Shown: one piece after another, positions 39,590-49,203 of the stretch
Numbering within the stretch: the first letter of the stretch is position 1
Layout: every line of letters begins with the position of its first letter
Virus record (IMG/VR): IMGVR_UViG_3300027759_006101
Coordinates: 124,001 to 188,000 of that record
Reading direction: 5' to 3' (one strand)
Length of the DNA: 64,000 nucleotides
Made by a program: the position numbers and the translations under genes
Notes under the pieces: generated by a model
What the model saw: the letters and a program-made list of their open reading frames with translations, nothing else
The model's database searches: none
What the model was told of the DNA's origin: nothing

Positions 39590-39832
39590 ATGGGAATATT
39601 TAGCATACTCGGTTTGATGGAAGAGACAAAGAATACAGTCCTTTCTCGTGGGCATAATGTGAAAAATTGGCTTATTCTGGGAAATGATTGTTATGCCTTG
39701 GAATGTGCTGATTGTAAGAAATCTGTGATGATTAAAGAAAATCCACTACCAAACGAAATCAAAGTAGGTGGAGAAGCTGCAACAGTAAATTGTGTCAAGC
39801 CAGTGAAAGAAAAAAAGTTGAGGAAAAAATAA
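39590..39832 (+). CDS. small Zn-binding protein
   Basis: RGH..W...CADC...C. Confidence 0.6.
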   Translation: MGIFSILGLMEETKNTVLSRGHNVKNWLILGNDCYALECADCKKSVMIKENPLPNEIKVGGEAATVNCVKPVKEKKLRKK

Positions 39833-40073
39833 AGGGATGGTAAGTACCATCCCTGAAAATAAATCCCAAGAAAATTCTTGGGATTTATTTATTTAAGAAT
39901 GTTTTTGTCTTACGTACTTTTCAATAGTACAAGCGATTGTAAAGAAGCCACAAGCCATAAAAGCAAAAGGCAAAATAAATAGAGTTAGCATTAGATATAT
40001 CCACTTCATTGTCGTTACCTAATTATACCATTATAATATAAATAATCAAGCCCCTTTTTACAGGGGCTTTGCT

Positions 40074-40328
40074 TTAGTTTACTTCCAGCAGTTCATTGCC
40101 AACAGGAATGATATGCTTTACACCATTACGGTCTAATTCAGCCTTGTATAGAGTGTCATAAAGAGGAGTATTTTCCTTACGAGCATTACGATACGCAACT
40201 TGATAAGCGGCTTGTTTGCAAGTGCCATTCCAAATGATGCTTGAAGAATTCTTGCTCTTCTCAAGAACATAGTAAGTGCTTGTGCCATCTACTGTAAGAT
40301 GGCGGGTGATTTCGATATGCTTGTTCAT
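40074..40328 (-). CDS. hypothetical protein
   Basis: Leaderless cassette ORF. Confidence 0.65.
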   Translation of the reverse strand: MNKHIEITRHLTVDGTSTYYVLEKSKNSSSIIWNGTCKQAAYQVAYRNARKENTPLYDTLYKAELDRNGVKHIIPVGNELLEVN

Positions 40329-40451
40329 AGCAATATATTACCTCAGTTATAAAGACAATGCAAGAAAATAAATTTATTTGCGAAATAACTTTAGTTATGG
40401 TATTACCATAACTAGAATAAACCCTCAAGAAAATTCTTAGAGGATTTATTT

Positions 40452-40720
40452 GGATTTGTGGCTAGCTGGATTTCAACCAGTACGTAACACAAGGGCAGTT
40501 CTTTCGATGGTCTCTGCCTACGATGATGCCCGTGTCCTAAAAGGAGCATAGCACCCAACCACAAATCATTACACTTGGATAGATTGTTTGCGTCAACCAT
40601 CTCCAAGGTTTCAGTAAAAGATTGTGGACTTAACCACTCCAAGGTTGCTACCCTTATTTGAATCTCGCAATAGATTCTAGCCGTTCTGGTCTTTTACTGT
40701 AATGCGGATACTGACCCACA
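40452..40720 (-). ncRNA. candidate structured non-coding RNA with a tRNA-like 3' domain
   Basis: Own promoter (TTGTGC-N17-TATTAT) and terminator; nested helices whose G-U pairs work only on the minus strand; T-arm-like CTGG-TTGAAAT-CCAG. Confidence 0.6.
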
Positions 40721-40823
40721 CCAATATAATACACTATCTATGGGTAAAGCACAAGAACTATTTAAACTATTTTTAGATGAGAATTTTCTTGCAATCATAT
40801 AATACAGATGATATATTACAGGT

Positions 40824-41189
40824 ATGGAAAACACTACTGCAAAACGAATGGTAATGAGAGTTCGACTTGAGGATGTTAGCGATAGGTCATCCTGTATTGC
40901 ATATGTAGGTCAAGGTACTTGGTTTGATGGCAAGCACTTTATCGTAACACAATACAAAGCAAACCCATCAGTCTATTATTTCTTTGTTTACAATGACCAG
41001 ATTCCTTATAATTACTTTGGAGATTTCAAAGGCTCCTATGGTAAAGAAATCTGGACTGCAAATCCTGACAATGGTGAAATGGCTGGAACCACTTATATTT
41101 ACAGCCCAAGTTTAGACCGCTTGTATAAGCCTTTTAGCCCAAATCCAAATTGGGATAATTCACCAGCATTCATTTTTGAAATGAAGTAG
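40824..41189 (+). CDS. cassette protein (MENTT start)
   Basis: Leaderless promoter, family A terminator. Confidence 0.7.
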   Translation: MENTTAKRMVMRVRLEDVSDRSSCIAYVGQGTWFDGKHFIVTQYKANPSVYYFFVYNDQIPYNYFGDFKGSYGKEIWTANPDNGEMAGTTYIYSPSLDRLYKPFSPNPNWDNSPAFIFEMK

Positions 41190-41513
41190 CCTATATCATA
41201 TCCCTTGACGAAAGTCAAGGGATATATTTTTATTTGACAAATTTTTACAGGTGTGTGATTTACACACCTAAAGATAAATCCCAAGATTTTTCTTGGGATT
41301 TATTTTAAAACTCTTCTTGAACTTCTATACCATTATCATCACAATATTGGTATATTTCTTTCTTTCTTTTTTCATCTCTTCTCATTACGAGCTGATTTGC
41401 AGAGTCAAATAATAAGTAACTGTTTCTACTTTTGCGTACAAACCAGATGACAATAGGGTAATCATCTAATAACATAATCAAGCTTGGAGGGACATAGTCC
41501 CTCCATTCCTTTC

Positions 41514-41825
41514 CTACAAAATTTCTACAGAACCTGTCTTACGGTTTTCTTCATAGTAAACAGTGGTCATCTGGTCACTGTCATCAATAGTCAAAGTATC
41601 AGCATAAACTGTACTTTCTTCGTGGATTTCATTGTAGTCAATATCTGCTTCGTTGTCAATCACAGCCTGAACAAAATGAGGATTGAGTTCATCCCACTGG
41701 GCTTTGGTGAACTTCTTAAAGTTTGCTGGGTCAAGACCAGCCTCTTCACAGCACTCATTGAACACGTCTTCGTCAATCACCAAATGATAATTAACTTCGA
41801 AAGAACCTTCGATTGAAATTTCCAT
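41514..41825 (-). CDS. acidic hypothetical protein
   Basis: AAGGAG SD, TTGACA promoter. Confidence 0.7.
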   Translation of the reverse strand: MEISIEGSFEVNYHLVIDEDVFNECCEEAGLDPANFKKFTKAQWDELNPHFVQAVIDNEADIDYNEIHEESTVYADTLTIDDSDQMTTVYYEENRKTGSVEIL

Positions 41826-41977
41826 ATCCTAACTCCTTACACGAATAGTATAACACATATTGTATAGATGTCAAGAAAATAAATATATTTGACAAGTTTT
41901 TTAAGGAATGGTATTTACCATTCCTTAAGTTTATTTTCAACAAAAAAAAGAGGGCTTTTTAGCCCTCTTTTGCACAA

Positions 41978-42319
41978 TTATGCTTCTTCTTTCGCTTCCA
42001 AAGCACGAATGATATACTTCATCTGGTCTACTTCTGCTTTGATACGAGATTCATTGGCACGAGCTGTCTCTAATAGATATTCTGCTTCACGCTTTGCAAC
42101 AATCAGGTCTTGGGTCTTTTCAGAAACCTTAGCATTTCGTGCTTCTGCATTGCTTCCAAGTTCTTTTGCATCAACATTACGATAGATGAGATTTACTGCA
42201 TCTTCAAGAGCATAAACGCTCTTCTTAAACTGAATGTTCGATTCTGCTGTCTTGTCGATTGCAGAGGTGTATTGACCAACAGCACTCATGAATAGATTGA
42301 TAACTTCTTTTTTCGTCAT
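41978..42319 (-). CDS. coiled-coil protein
   Basis: GSNAEARNA motif, heptads; start MTKKE after AAGGAG. Confidence 0.7.
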   Translation of the reverse strand: MTKKEVINLFMSAVGQYTSAIDKTAESNIQFKKSVYALEDAVNLIYRNVDAKELGSNAEARNAKVSEKTQDLIVAKREAEYLLETARANESRIKAEVDQMKYIIRALEAKEEA

Positions 42320-42422
42320 TTCAGACTCCTTGGTTTGATGACTTATTATATCATCATGTATATGGTGTGCAAGTAAAATAAAAATATTTGACAAAAAAAA
42401 TTAGGGATGATATTTATCATCC

Positions 42423-42776
42423 CTAGAATGGTTTGTAAGAATAATTTCCTTCATAGTATGTTTTAAATCTATCCCAAATGTCATCACCTATGTTACGTGG
42501 AATATTAATAGTGAAGACTGTTCCAAACGCTTCGCAAACTGCATAGTATTTCTTCCCGTTAGTCCATAAGATACATCCAGCGCCTTCGGGAAACTTCATT
42601 CTAATTCCAATTCTATCTGTCAAATGAGGTTTTAAGATATTATTATCTGTAAACTCTCCATTTTGATAAATTGCTGTTACTATTTCTTTCATTGTATGGG
42701 AGGGCTCAAAAATGGCATTTTTCAGTATCATAGGTACTCTAGTTTGTTTTGGCCTATCAATTCTATTTATACTCAA
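42423..42776 (-). CDS. hypothetical protein
   Basis: Operon member. Confidence 0.55.
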   Translation of the reverse strand: MSINRIDRPKQTRVPMILKNAIFEPSHTMKEIVTAIYQNGEFTDNNILKPHLTDRIGIRMKFPEGAGCILWTNGKKYYAVCEAFGTVFTINIPRNIGDDIWDRFKTYYEGNYSYKPF

Positions 42777-42794
42777 AAAAGAAGATGACCAAGC

Positions 42795-43307
42795 CTAAAG
42801 CTTGGTCAATACTTCCAATTTACTTTTAGTGTAAGGGTCATTGGGGAAACGTGCAAGAGTCATTTTGCAATATCCAATGGCTCTTATTTTATCACCAGAT
42901 TTTTCACACACACTAATAAGAGAATGATGAGTGCTTTTCGGAGCATCTTTCCATCTAATTGCAGATTCATAATATCTAATTGCCAACTTCAAATCTACAT
43001 ACATAATACGATAGAACTGACCAAGGTATTCATAAGCACGATAACCATTTGGATTAAGAGAAAGATAGCGTTTTGCGAACTTTTCTGCTTGGAATAGCCA
43101 CACTGTATCTTGCTTGTTGATTGCCATACTCCACATAAGCCAAATCATATTTTCCCAAGAATCAGCATCGTGGTAATCATGCATCAACACTTCTTTATAA
43201 AGTGAAATTATACGTGGGTAATCGCCTTCCTTAGTTTCAGAAACACCATGCCATAATGTTTCAATTGTCTTTTTCAGATACTTTATTTTCTGTTCAAGAG
43301 TTTGCAT
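42795..43307 (-). CDS. TPR-repeat protein
   Basis: AYEYLGQFY..AIRYYESAI; helical repeats ending ..PND. Confidence 0.75.
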   Translation of the reverse strand: MQTLEQKIKYLKKTIETLWHGVSETKEGDYPRIISLYKEVLMHDYHDADSWENMIWLMWSMAINKQDTVWLFQAEKFAKRYLSLNPNGYRAYEYLGQFYRIMYVDLKLAIRYYESAIRWKDAPKSTHHSLISVCEKSGDKIRAIGYCKMTLARFPNDPYTKSKLEVLTKL

Positions 43308-43635
43308 TTTTCTCTAACTCCAATTCTTCATTATCCATCAGGTATTCTTTGTAAATTGCTTGTCTAACTAAATGACATATATCAACATTCTTTGCAAAGT
43401 TCACCAAAATATTTTCTCTCTGGTATCCTTCAAAAATTGTTCTGCGCTTCTTCTGTGAATTGTCCCACTCATATATAAAGAAGTGCATCGAATTCTTCAT
43501 ATCAGAGAAGGCATACTCTACCATATAAGTGCCATCAACATTAATAAATGCATCAAAGCCTGAAATTACATCAGAACCTTTAAGTTCGTATCCTGTACCT
43601 GTTTTTGAAAAGTAAATCCACACTGTAGGTTCCAT
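43294..43635 (-). CDS. hypothetical protein
   Basis: Coupled ORF. Confidence 0.6.
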   Translation of the reverse strand: MEPTVWIYFSKTGTGYELKGSDVISGFDAFINVDGTYMVEYAFSDMKNSMHFFIYEWDNSQKKRRTIFEGYQRENILVNFAKNVDICHLVRQAIYKEYLMDNEELELEKNANS

Positions 43636-43638
43636 AGT

Positions 43639-44094
43639 TTAGTTTACCATGTTTTCTTGGTGCTTGATAAATTGATTTTGAATAGTGTCGATAAAACGTA
43701 CATCAAAATTTAATGATTGAAATTCTACTGGCTTTGTTCCATCTAAATTTTCGTGATGCCCAGTAAAGTAAAAGTAATCTTTGTCTATGTGTAATTTAGC
43801 ATACTTAAATTTCTTTGCTGTTCCTGATTTAAAATTGTGCTTAAATACATAAGTGAATTTTTGCTGTTCAATATCTGGGACGCAGATGATTCTACGGATA
43901 GTGTGAAATGCGCCTTGTAGTAATTTCACATTATCAGTATCAAGTTTAAAGGCAAGTGGTTTGTTTTTGGGTATATCTGTGAGGTTCTCTTTAATATCAG
44001 AGAAGAATTCTGGGTCATACTCCATAGAGAAATAGCCAAATAAAGTTGTGTCTTCACTTGCTGACGCTTCGAAGGAAATAATCATAACAGACAT
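43639..44094 (-). CDS. hypothetical protein
   Basis: Likely start MSVMII; the longer call would run through the 44151 element. Confidence 0.55.
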   Translation of the reverse strand: MSVMIISFEASASEDTTLFGYFSMEYDPEFFSDIKENLTDIPKNKPLAFKLDTDNVKLLQGAFHTIRRIICVPDIEQQKFTYVFKHNFKSGTAKKFKYAKLHIDKDYFYFTGHHENLDGTKPVEFQSLNFDVRFIDTIQNQFIKHQENMVN

Positions 44095-44251
44095 ATTATA
44101 TCTGTTATATGATGAAATTTCAAGAGAAAAAAATATTGCAAAGATTTTACAGGTATGGTGGTCACCATACCTTCGATAAAGTTGCAAAAATAATTTGACA
44201 GCTTGACTTGACAAAAAAAAAGCCCCCTCCCGAAGGAGGGGGCTTGGTGGT

Positions 44252-45676
44252 CTATTCGACCACCTCGCCGAGGCTCTCAGTGAACTTGCTCAGTACCAGT
44301 TTGGCAATTTTCAACTCTTCAGGTCGAAAGGTTGCAAGAACGTGCTTCCTTGCCTTGAGGACATCACTGCGGTATCCCTTTGTAAGGCTACGCCATTTGT
44401 CCACATAGGTGTACGATGCATTCTTATTGCGATACTGGTCGTATTCCTTGGGCATCTGGTAACACCATAGTGCGATGTCGGCAACTGAATCATTGGTCAA
44501 GTCTATCTCTGTCTTGATTTGGTTTACATTGAAATCCTTGTCAAGGTTAGAGGAAACCTCAATGGTGATTCGCACTCTTGAAGCACGACCATGGCTGTCG
44601 GCAAACACTACCCAAGAACGGCTCTCTCTCGAAATAGTGGTCTTTCGCTTGCCAATTGTACCGTTGGCATAACCATCAATGTACGCTTCGATTGCCTTGT
44701 TACCAATTGCAGGGTGCATAGGACGGCACTTGCTGTCTAGGTGCAATCGACCATCACGGTAGAAATACACACCAGAGTTTTGGTTATTCACAGGGCGATT
44801 GTACACATCCTTGGGCAATAGTTTGCACTCGGAACGCTCTGGCAAAAGGAACACAGACACCTTCACATCCTCATTGCCAACGTGGAACACCTTGGATTGA
44901 ACAGGAGTTTGTCGTAGCATTGGGTCTAAAGGCTTGACTACCTGAAGAGTTGCATAAGTCAGACCGACCTTAAGAGATGCACCCTTTTCGATACGCTTTT
45001 GGTATACCTCACCAAGTTGCGCCCCGATGCTAGTAAGGTTCTTTAAACCATTCGGGTTAAAGTTCAGTCCATTCTTAAGGAATGAGGAGGCTTCGTCTTT
45101 CAGGTTATGAACCACAACGATAGTACCGTGGTTCATAAAGTTGCCATTCTCATCTGTGACCTCTTTCCAAATTGAAAGGGCTGGGTCATCAGGATTGATG
45201 CGAGAGTGGCACTTGCGTACGGACACGTTCCAATCGTCCATTGCTTTCATATTGCTCTGGTTGTATTCCATTGCGTGAATGCACTCATCTTCGCATTTCA
45301 TGATGACGGTAGAATGACCAGTGGTTGAGAACTTGGATACAAAGTTCTTCCATCCCGAACCATTCTTGCCAAGGTTAGGTGATACAATGGTGCTTACCTT
45401 TTTGGTAGTCCAGCCTTCGCTTGCCATCATATGCATAATGGATGGTGTCAAAGCCTTCTTGCCATTGTCTGCAACAACGAGAACCTTCTTGCCATTATAG
45501 GTTGAAAGATATACACTGATTTGTGTAGCACCGCTATCGAATGAGTTGTCGATAGGCTCTAGAAGAGCGGAATTAAGTGTGTGACCAGAGTTCTGGTTAC
45601 GGGTGAATGAAACGGTTGGTTCCACTGAACGAATCTCGTTCAAGGGTGTAAGGTCTTCAAACATTGTCTTCTCCAA
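44252..45676 (-). CDS. GHKL (MORC/HATPase_c_3-like) ATPase domain protein
   Basis: ALLEPIDNSFDSGA, VADNG, LGKNGSGWK, HGTIVVV; GVYFYRDGRL. Confidence 0.75.
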   Translation of the reverse strand: MEKTMFEDLTPLNEIRSVEPTVSFTRNQNSGHTLNSALLEPIDNSFDSGATQISVYLSTYNGKKVLVVADNGKKALTPSIMHMMASEGWTTKKVSTIVSPNLGKNGSGWKNFVSKFSTTGHSTVIMKCEDECIHAMEYNQSNMKAMDDWNVSVRKCHSRINPDDPALSIWKEVTDENGNFMNHGTIVVVHNLKDEASSFLKNGLNFNPNGLKNLTSIGAQLGEVYQKRIEKGASLKVGLTYATLQVVKPLDPMLRQTPVQSKVFHVGNEDVKVSVFLLPERSECKLLPKDVYNRPVNNQNSGVYFYRDGRLHLDSKCRPMHPAIGNKAIEAYIDGYANGTIGKRKTTISRESRSWVVFADSHGRASRVRITIEVSSNLDKDFNVNQIKTEIDLTNDSVADIALWCYQMPKEYDQYRNKNASYTYVDKWRSLTKGYRSDVLKARKHVLATFRPEELKIAKLVLSKFTESLGEVVE

Positions 45677-45948
45677 ACAACAGTTAAGGGCTTTTCCTTA
45701 CTGACAAAGATAGTATAAGGCATACTTTAAAAGTGTGCAATAGAAATCGGGAGATATGTAACAAAAAAAGTTACCTATTTTAGAGCTGAAAAAAATATTT
45801 TGACAAATTTATAAAGGTGTGGTCTTTACCACACCTTAAGATAATTGTTAAATAAAAAACAGGCAAGTGGAGGGGTCTTGCCTGTTTTTTATTGCCTTAT
45901 TTGACTAAGGTCTGATAATATTATACATAATATTCAACGCAGATGCAC

Positions 45949-46203
45949 TTAGATTAAGAACTCTGTATTTGTTTTTTCTGAAATAATTTTGAATGTTTCA
46001 ATAAATCCATGATATTCAGGATTGCAGCAATAAAATTCCCTATTATTAGAATTACTAAATTTCAATAGATTCACTACCAGCTCCTGAAATTCATTTTCAG
46101 TTAGGTCTAGTTCTTTGAGAATTTTTGCACGGCTTTCTACATTTGTTGTTTGGTCAATAATGTAGATAAACCGTGCTATGTTTTTACGTAGATTGATAGT
46201 CAT
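45949..46203 (-). CDS. hypothetical protein
   Basis: Coupled to 46203..46550. Confidence 0.55.
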   Translation of the reverse strand: MTINLRKNIARFIYIIDQTTNVESRAKILKELDLTENEFQELVVNLLKFSNSNNREFYCCNPEYHGFIETFKIISEKTNTEFLI

Positions 46204-46550
46204 TAATAAAAAGCAACCAAGTAATGACCAGCATCAGCGTGAAGTCTAAACATCCTAGCAAGGTCTTTAAACTCTTGCTCTTCAATATCATAGTTTTGGA
46301 TGTAAGAATCTCGCCATTCAGTTTCTTCCAAGTCAGTTGCCATCTGCTTTACAGTTTCGTTTGAAATTTTGGAAGTTTTTGGGTCGCCATACAAACAAAC
46401 ACCAGTGACATCTTCTACAAAACGAGCATAAACTTTACCACGAAATGAAGAGTTTCCATTGTCAGAACATAGACCGCCACAGATGCAAAAATCGCCTTCT
46501 ACCATAGCGTCTTCGTTGTCATTTTTTTTCCAAAGGTTATCAAGTCCCAT
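46203..46550 (-). CDS. conserved phage protein (MGLD start)
   Basis: MGLD...SFRGKVY; AAGGAG SD. Confidence 0.65.
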   Translation of the reverse strand: MGLDNLWKKNDNEDAMVEGDFCICGGLCSDNGNSSFRGKVYARFVEDVTGVCLYGDPKTSKISNETVKQMATDLEETEWRDSYIQNYDIEEQEFKDLARMFRLHADAGHYLVAFY

Positions 46551-47121
46551 ATCGCTCTCCTTATGTGTATATAATAACGCATATATTGGGAGTTGTCAAA
46601 TAAAAATATCCCTCTTACTGAAAAGAGGGATATTTGTTGGCCTGCTAGATTATTGACTTAAGGGCAATATACCTATCAACATCTGGATGGTAAAAACAGA
46701 AATTTTTCTTTTTTTACTCCGTGAGAACCAAACTAGTTTCTTATTACTAAAAATGTTAAGAGTAAACCTTTTTAATTAAGAATTGCAAAATCATAACCAT
46801 CAGACCACTTGACAAAATTCTTCTTAATGACTGGGTCTGTAATACTATCAATAATCTTATTGATATTGATTTCATTAGCTAAAAAAGCATTCTTACCAAT
46901 AGCATCCTTGACAGCCTGGTAAGACTTGTCATCAAACTTCTTACGGAAATTAGAGAGGTGAATTTTCTTCAATTCATTTACCTTGAAACTTTATTTTGCA
47001 TTTTCATGCATAAGTATTTTATGAAAAAATTTGACAATTGTCAATAGGCATTGTACTACAATGCCTTAAGTATTTTGTCAAGATTATTCTCCCCTCCACT
47101 TCTGGAGGGGAGATAGTCAGG

Positions 47122-47607
47122 TTAGACTGTGACTGCGGATGGAAGGCTTTGCTTCAACAAGTCAATCAAAACCGCAACAGCATACTCACTGTTGACCTTG
47201 TGCGTCTTGATAAAGTCCGCAATGTATTCACTGCTTGCATTAGACTTTACTAGAATGTCAACAACCTCTTCAGGTGTAAAAGCCTTCAACTGGCTAGGCT
47301 TTGGCAAAGGTAGTTGACCAGCCGTTTCTTGACGTGATACCCGGTTCTTTGCCCAAGTTGCCCTAATCTTAGCATTGACCGCAGATTGGTTTCGGTTAGA
47401 CACCATTACGGAACACTTGACTTTGGTGTATTCCTCTTTGGTGTAACCCAAGAACTCATGGGCTGAGGTATACTCGGAGTAACGCTTAGGGTCAGCGTGA
47501 AAACTGAGACCTTCTGCCTTGACAGCATCGGAGTACTGTTTAATCGTCTTGAACTTACTGCCCATTGCATAGGACTTTGCATAACTGTACGGGTAAATAT
47601 CTTCCAT
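47122..47607 (-). CDS. protein with integrase-repeat-like N-terminal unit
   Basis: YSYAK...FKTIKQY...DP..Y.EY....EFLG. Confidence 0.5.
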   Translation of the reverse strand: MEDIYPYSYAKSYAMGSKFKTIKQYSDAVKAEGLSFHADPKRYSEYTSAHEFLGYTKEEYTKVKCSVMVSNRNQSAVNAKIRATWAKNRVSRQETAGQLPLPKPSQLKAFTPEEVVDILVKSNASSEYIADFIKTHKVNSEYAVAVLIDLLKQSLPSAVTV

Positions 47608-47808
47608 TTGGCTTCTCTCAACTAAGAACTAACTATGTTGTTCTTACACCAGTAGTATAACCTAACTACTATATGTTGTCAACAAACTATGCTATATATT
47701 TTAGAATATATTTTTTATTTGCATAAAAATTTCAGGAATGGTAATTACCATTCCTAGAGCTTATTGACAAAAAATTTTAGGATACACTTCATTGTGTATC
47801 CTAATTGT

Positions 47809-48141
47809 TTATTGACCAAGACCGAATATCTGTTTGATTATGTTACTAATCTTCCAGAATTTAACGGGCTTTTCTTCGTGGACGTTCTGGTCTTCTTGGA
47901 CAATTGAATCAATTTTACCAAGATAGTGAGCAGTACCAACCCACTCACCACGACGAGTATATACTTGATATGGATTGGTAGATAAACCATATGGCTTCTC
48001 TTCTCTCACCCATTCAGTATATTCTCTCATTGATTTGAATTTATACTTTTTGACAATAAGTCTGGCTTCATTATATGGAAGAACAAAATTCCATTCAGGA
48101 TTGCCAACCTTACGCTTATCCGAATCAACTGTTACACTCAT
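47809..48141 (-). CDS. stand-alone integrase-repeat-unit-like protein
   Basis: LPYNEAR..VKKYKFKS.REY.EW...P.QVY..RGEWVG..HYLG. Confidence 0.55.
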   Translation of the reverse strand: MSVTVDSDKRKVGNPEWNFVLPYNEARLIVKKYKFKSMREYTEWVREEKPYGLSTNPYQVYTRRGEWVGTAHYLGKIDSIVQEDQNVHEEKPVKFWKISNIIKQIFGLGQ

Positions 48142-48342
48142 TGTATGGCTTCCTTTCATTGATAGTATACTCGGATAATATATACATTGTCAACGTATTG
48201 GGAACACCAAAACAAATATTTTTAATAATAAAATCAGGCATTGTATACTCAATGCCTGAAAATAAAATGCAAATAAAAAATCCCTTCCAGAAAACACTAC
48301 TAAACTGGAAGGGATGAGACTCAATCTGTTTTATTATTTATC

Positions 48343-48633
48343 CTACCCCAAAGGCAAGTCAGATTGAGAAAACTTTAAATTGCCATACTCTTCTTGATAT
48401 GCTTGTATTGCTTCCAAGGCAAACTGATATCCATTAAGCTTATCCATAACTTGAGCATAAATATGATTGATACCGTAAAATTCCATCCACTCATTTTCAG
48501 TGTAATTAAAAGTGATGGTGACAGCAAAATTATTAAGACTTGTGCAAATCATCTGGTAACGCAGTTTGATTGGATATAATTTATTTAATTCATCCACTCT
48601 GTCTCTAATTTTATTTGCTTGTTCTAGTGTCAT
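48343..48633 (-). CDS. hypothetical protein
   Basis: Downstream of tRNA-Ser. Confidence 0.55.
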   Translation of the reverse strand: MTLEQANKIRDRVDELNKLYPIKLRYQMICTSLNNFAVTITFNYTENEWMEFYGINHIYAQVMDKLNGYQFALEAIQAYQEEYGNLKFSQSDLPLG

Positions 48634-48657
48634 AGTGTTTTATTTATTTATGGAATA

Positions 48658-48744
48658 AGGAAGAGACAGGATTCGAACCCGCACACCCCGTCAAGGGTGA
48701 GACCGCTTTCAAGGCGGTTGCAATACCATTCTGCTCACTCTTCC
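48658..48744 (-). tRNA. tRNA-Ser(TGA)
   Basis: GGAAGAG/CTCTTCC, ACCGC-CTTGAAA-GCGGT, long variable arm, GGGTTCGAATCC. Confidence 0.9.
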
Positions 48745-48754
48745 AATAGGTAAA

Positions 48755-48946
48755 TTATACCTCGTCTGCCATAAACTTGCTAATATCTTCACGGATTTCA
48801 ACAAGAACATCGTCAGATATATCTAACTTTTCAGCAAGCATATCAAATAATTCTGCATCAGCCAAGAGTAGTTTAAATCCCTCAAGAATGACCAGCAAAT
48901 CGTGTTCTGATTTGTCTGATAAATAGTTTAATGTATCGTTTGGCAT
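48755..48946 (-). CDS. small acidic protein
   Basis: 63-aa ORF with promoter. Confidence 0.55.
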   Translation of the reverse strand: MPNDTLNYLSDKSEHDLLVILEGFKLLLADAELFDMLAEKLDISDDVLVEIREDISKFMADEV

Positions 48947-49062
48947 AATATTTCTCTACAAACAATATATCATAAAGTTATAGCAGTGTCAAAAAAAATC
49001 CCCTCATATATTTCAATGAGGGGAGGAGTAGGACATGCAAAACACCAACCAACCAGAAACAA

Positions 49063-49135
49063 TGGGCGATGAGGGACTCGAACCCCCACTCAAGGGATTA
49101 TGAGTCCCCTGCTTTAACCATTAAGCTAATCGCCC
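49063..49135 (-). tRNA. tRNA(CAT), probably Ile2 (lysidine type)
   Basis: GGGCGAT/ATCGCCC; AGCAGGGGACTCATAATCCCTTG closely resembles enterobacterial Ile2 (AGCAGGCGACTCATAATCGCTTG). Confidence 0.85.
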
Positions 49136-49140
49136 CAAAA

Positions 49141-49203
49141 GGTGGAATGGGACTTACACCCATATCAAAGGTTTATTCCTCTGCTTTATTTAAGCTATCC
49201 ACC
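49141..49203 (-). pseudogene. degenerate tRNA-like cloverleaf
   Basis: GGTGGA/TCCACC, GCTT-AAATA-AAGC, AGAGG-AATAAA-CCTTT, ATGGG-TGTAAGT-CCCAT; non-canonical loops. Confidence 0.55.

Larger units (their letters stand above)
30207..41224. terminator. terminator family A (CCCTTGAC-N4-GTCAAGGG)
   Basis: Copies at ~30207, 30841, 31521, 35081 and 41199, each right after a stop codon and followed by an A/T-rich tail. Confidence 0.75.
32334..41305. terminator. terminator family B (ATAAATCCCAAG-N-CTTGGGATTTAT)
   Basis: Copies at ~32334, 32773, 33399, 34018, 37083, 38787, 39859 and 41275, abutting the symmetric elements. Confidence 0.75.

Noticed and set aside
40412-40642. 76-aa minus-strand ORF
   Set aside because: Non-ATG start, runs through a terminator, and the region is better explained as structured RNA
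40452-40720. tmRNA or RNase P RNA
   Set aside because: No alanine acceptor with CCA end, no tag ORF, and no RNase P consensus recognised
47122-48141. Calling these genes integrases
   Set aside because: Only the short repeat unit is present; there is no R-H-R-Y catalytic domain and the proteins are too small
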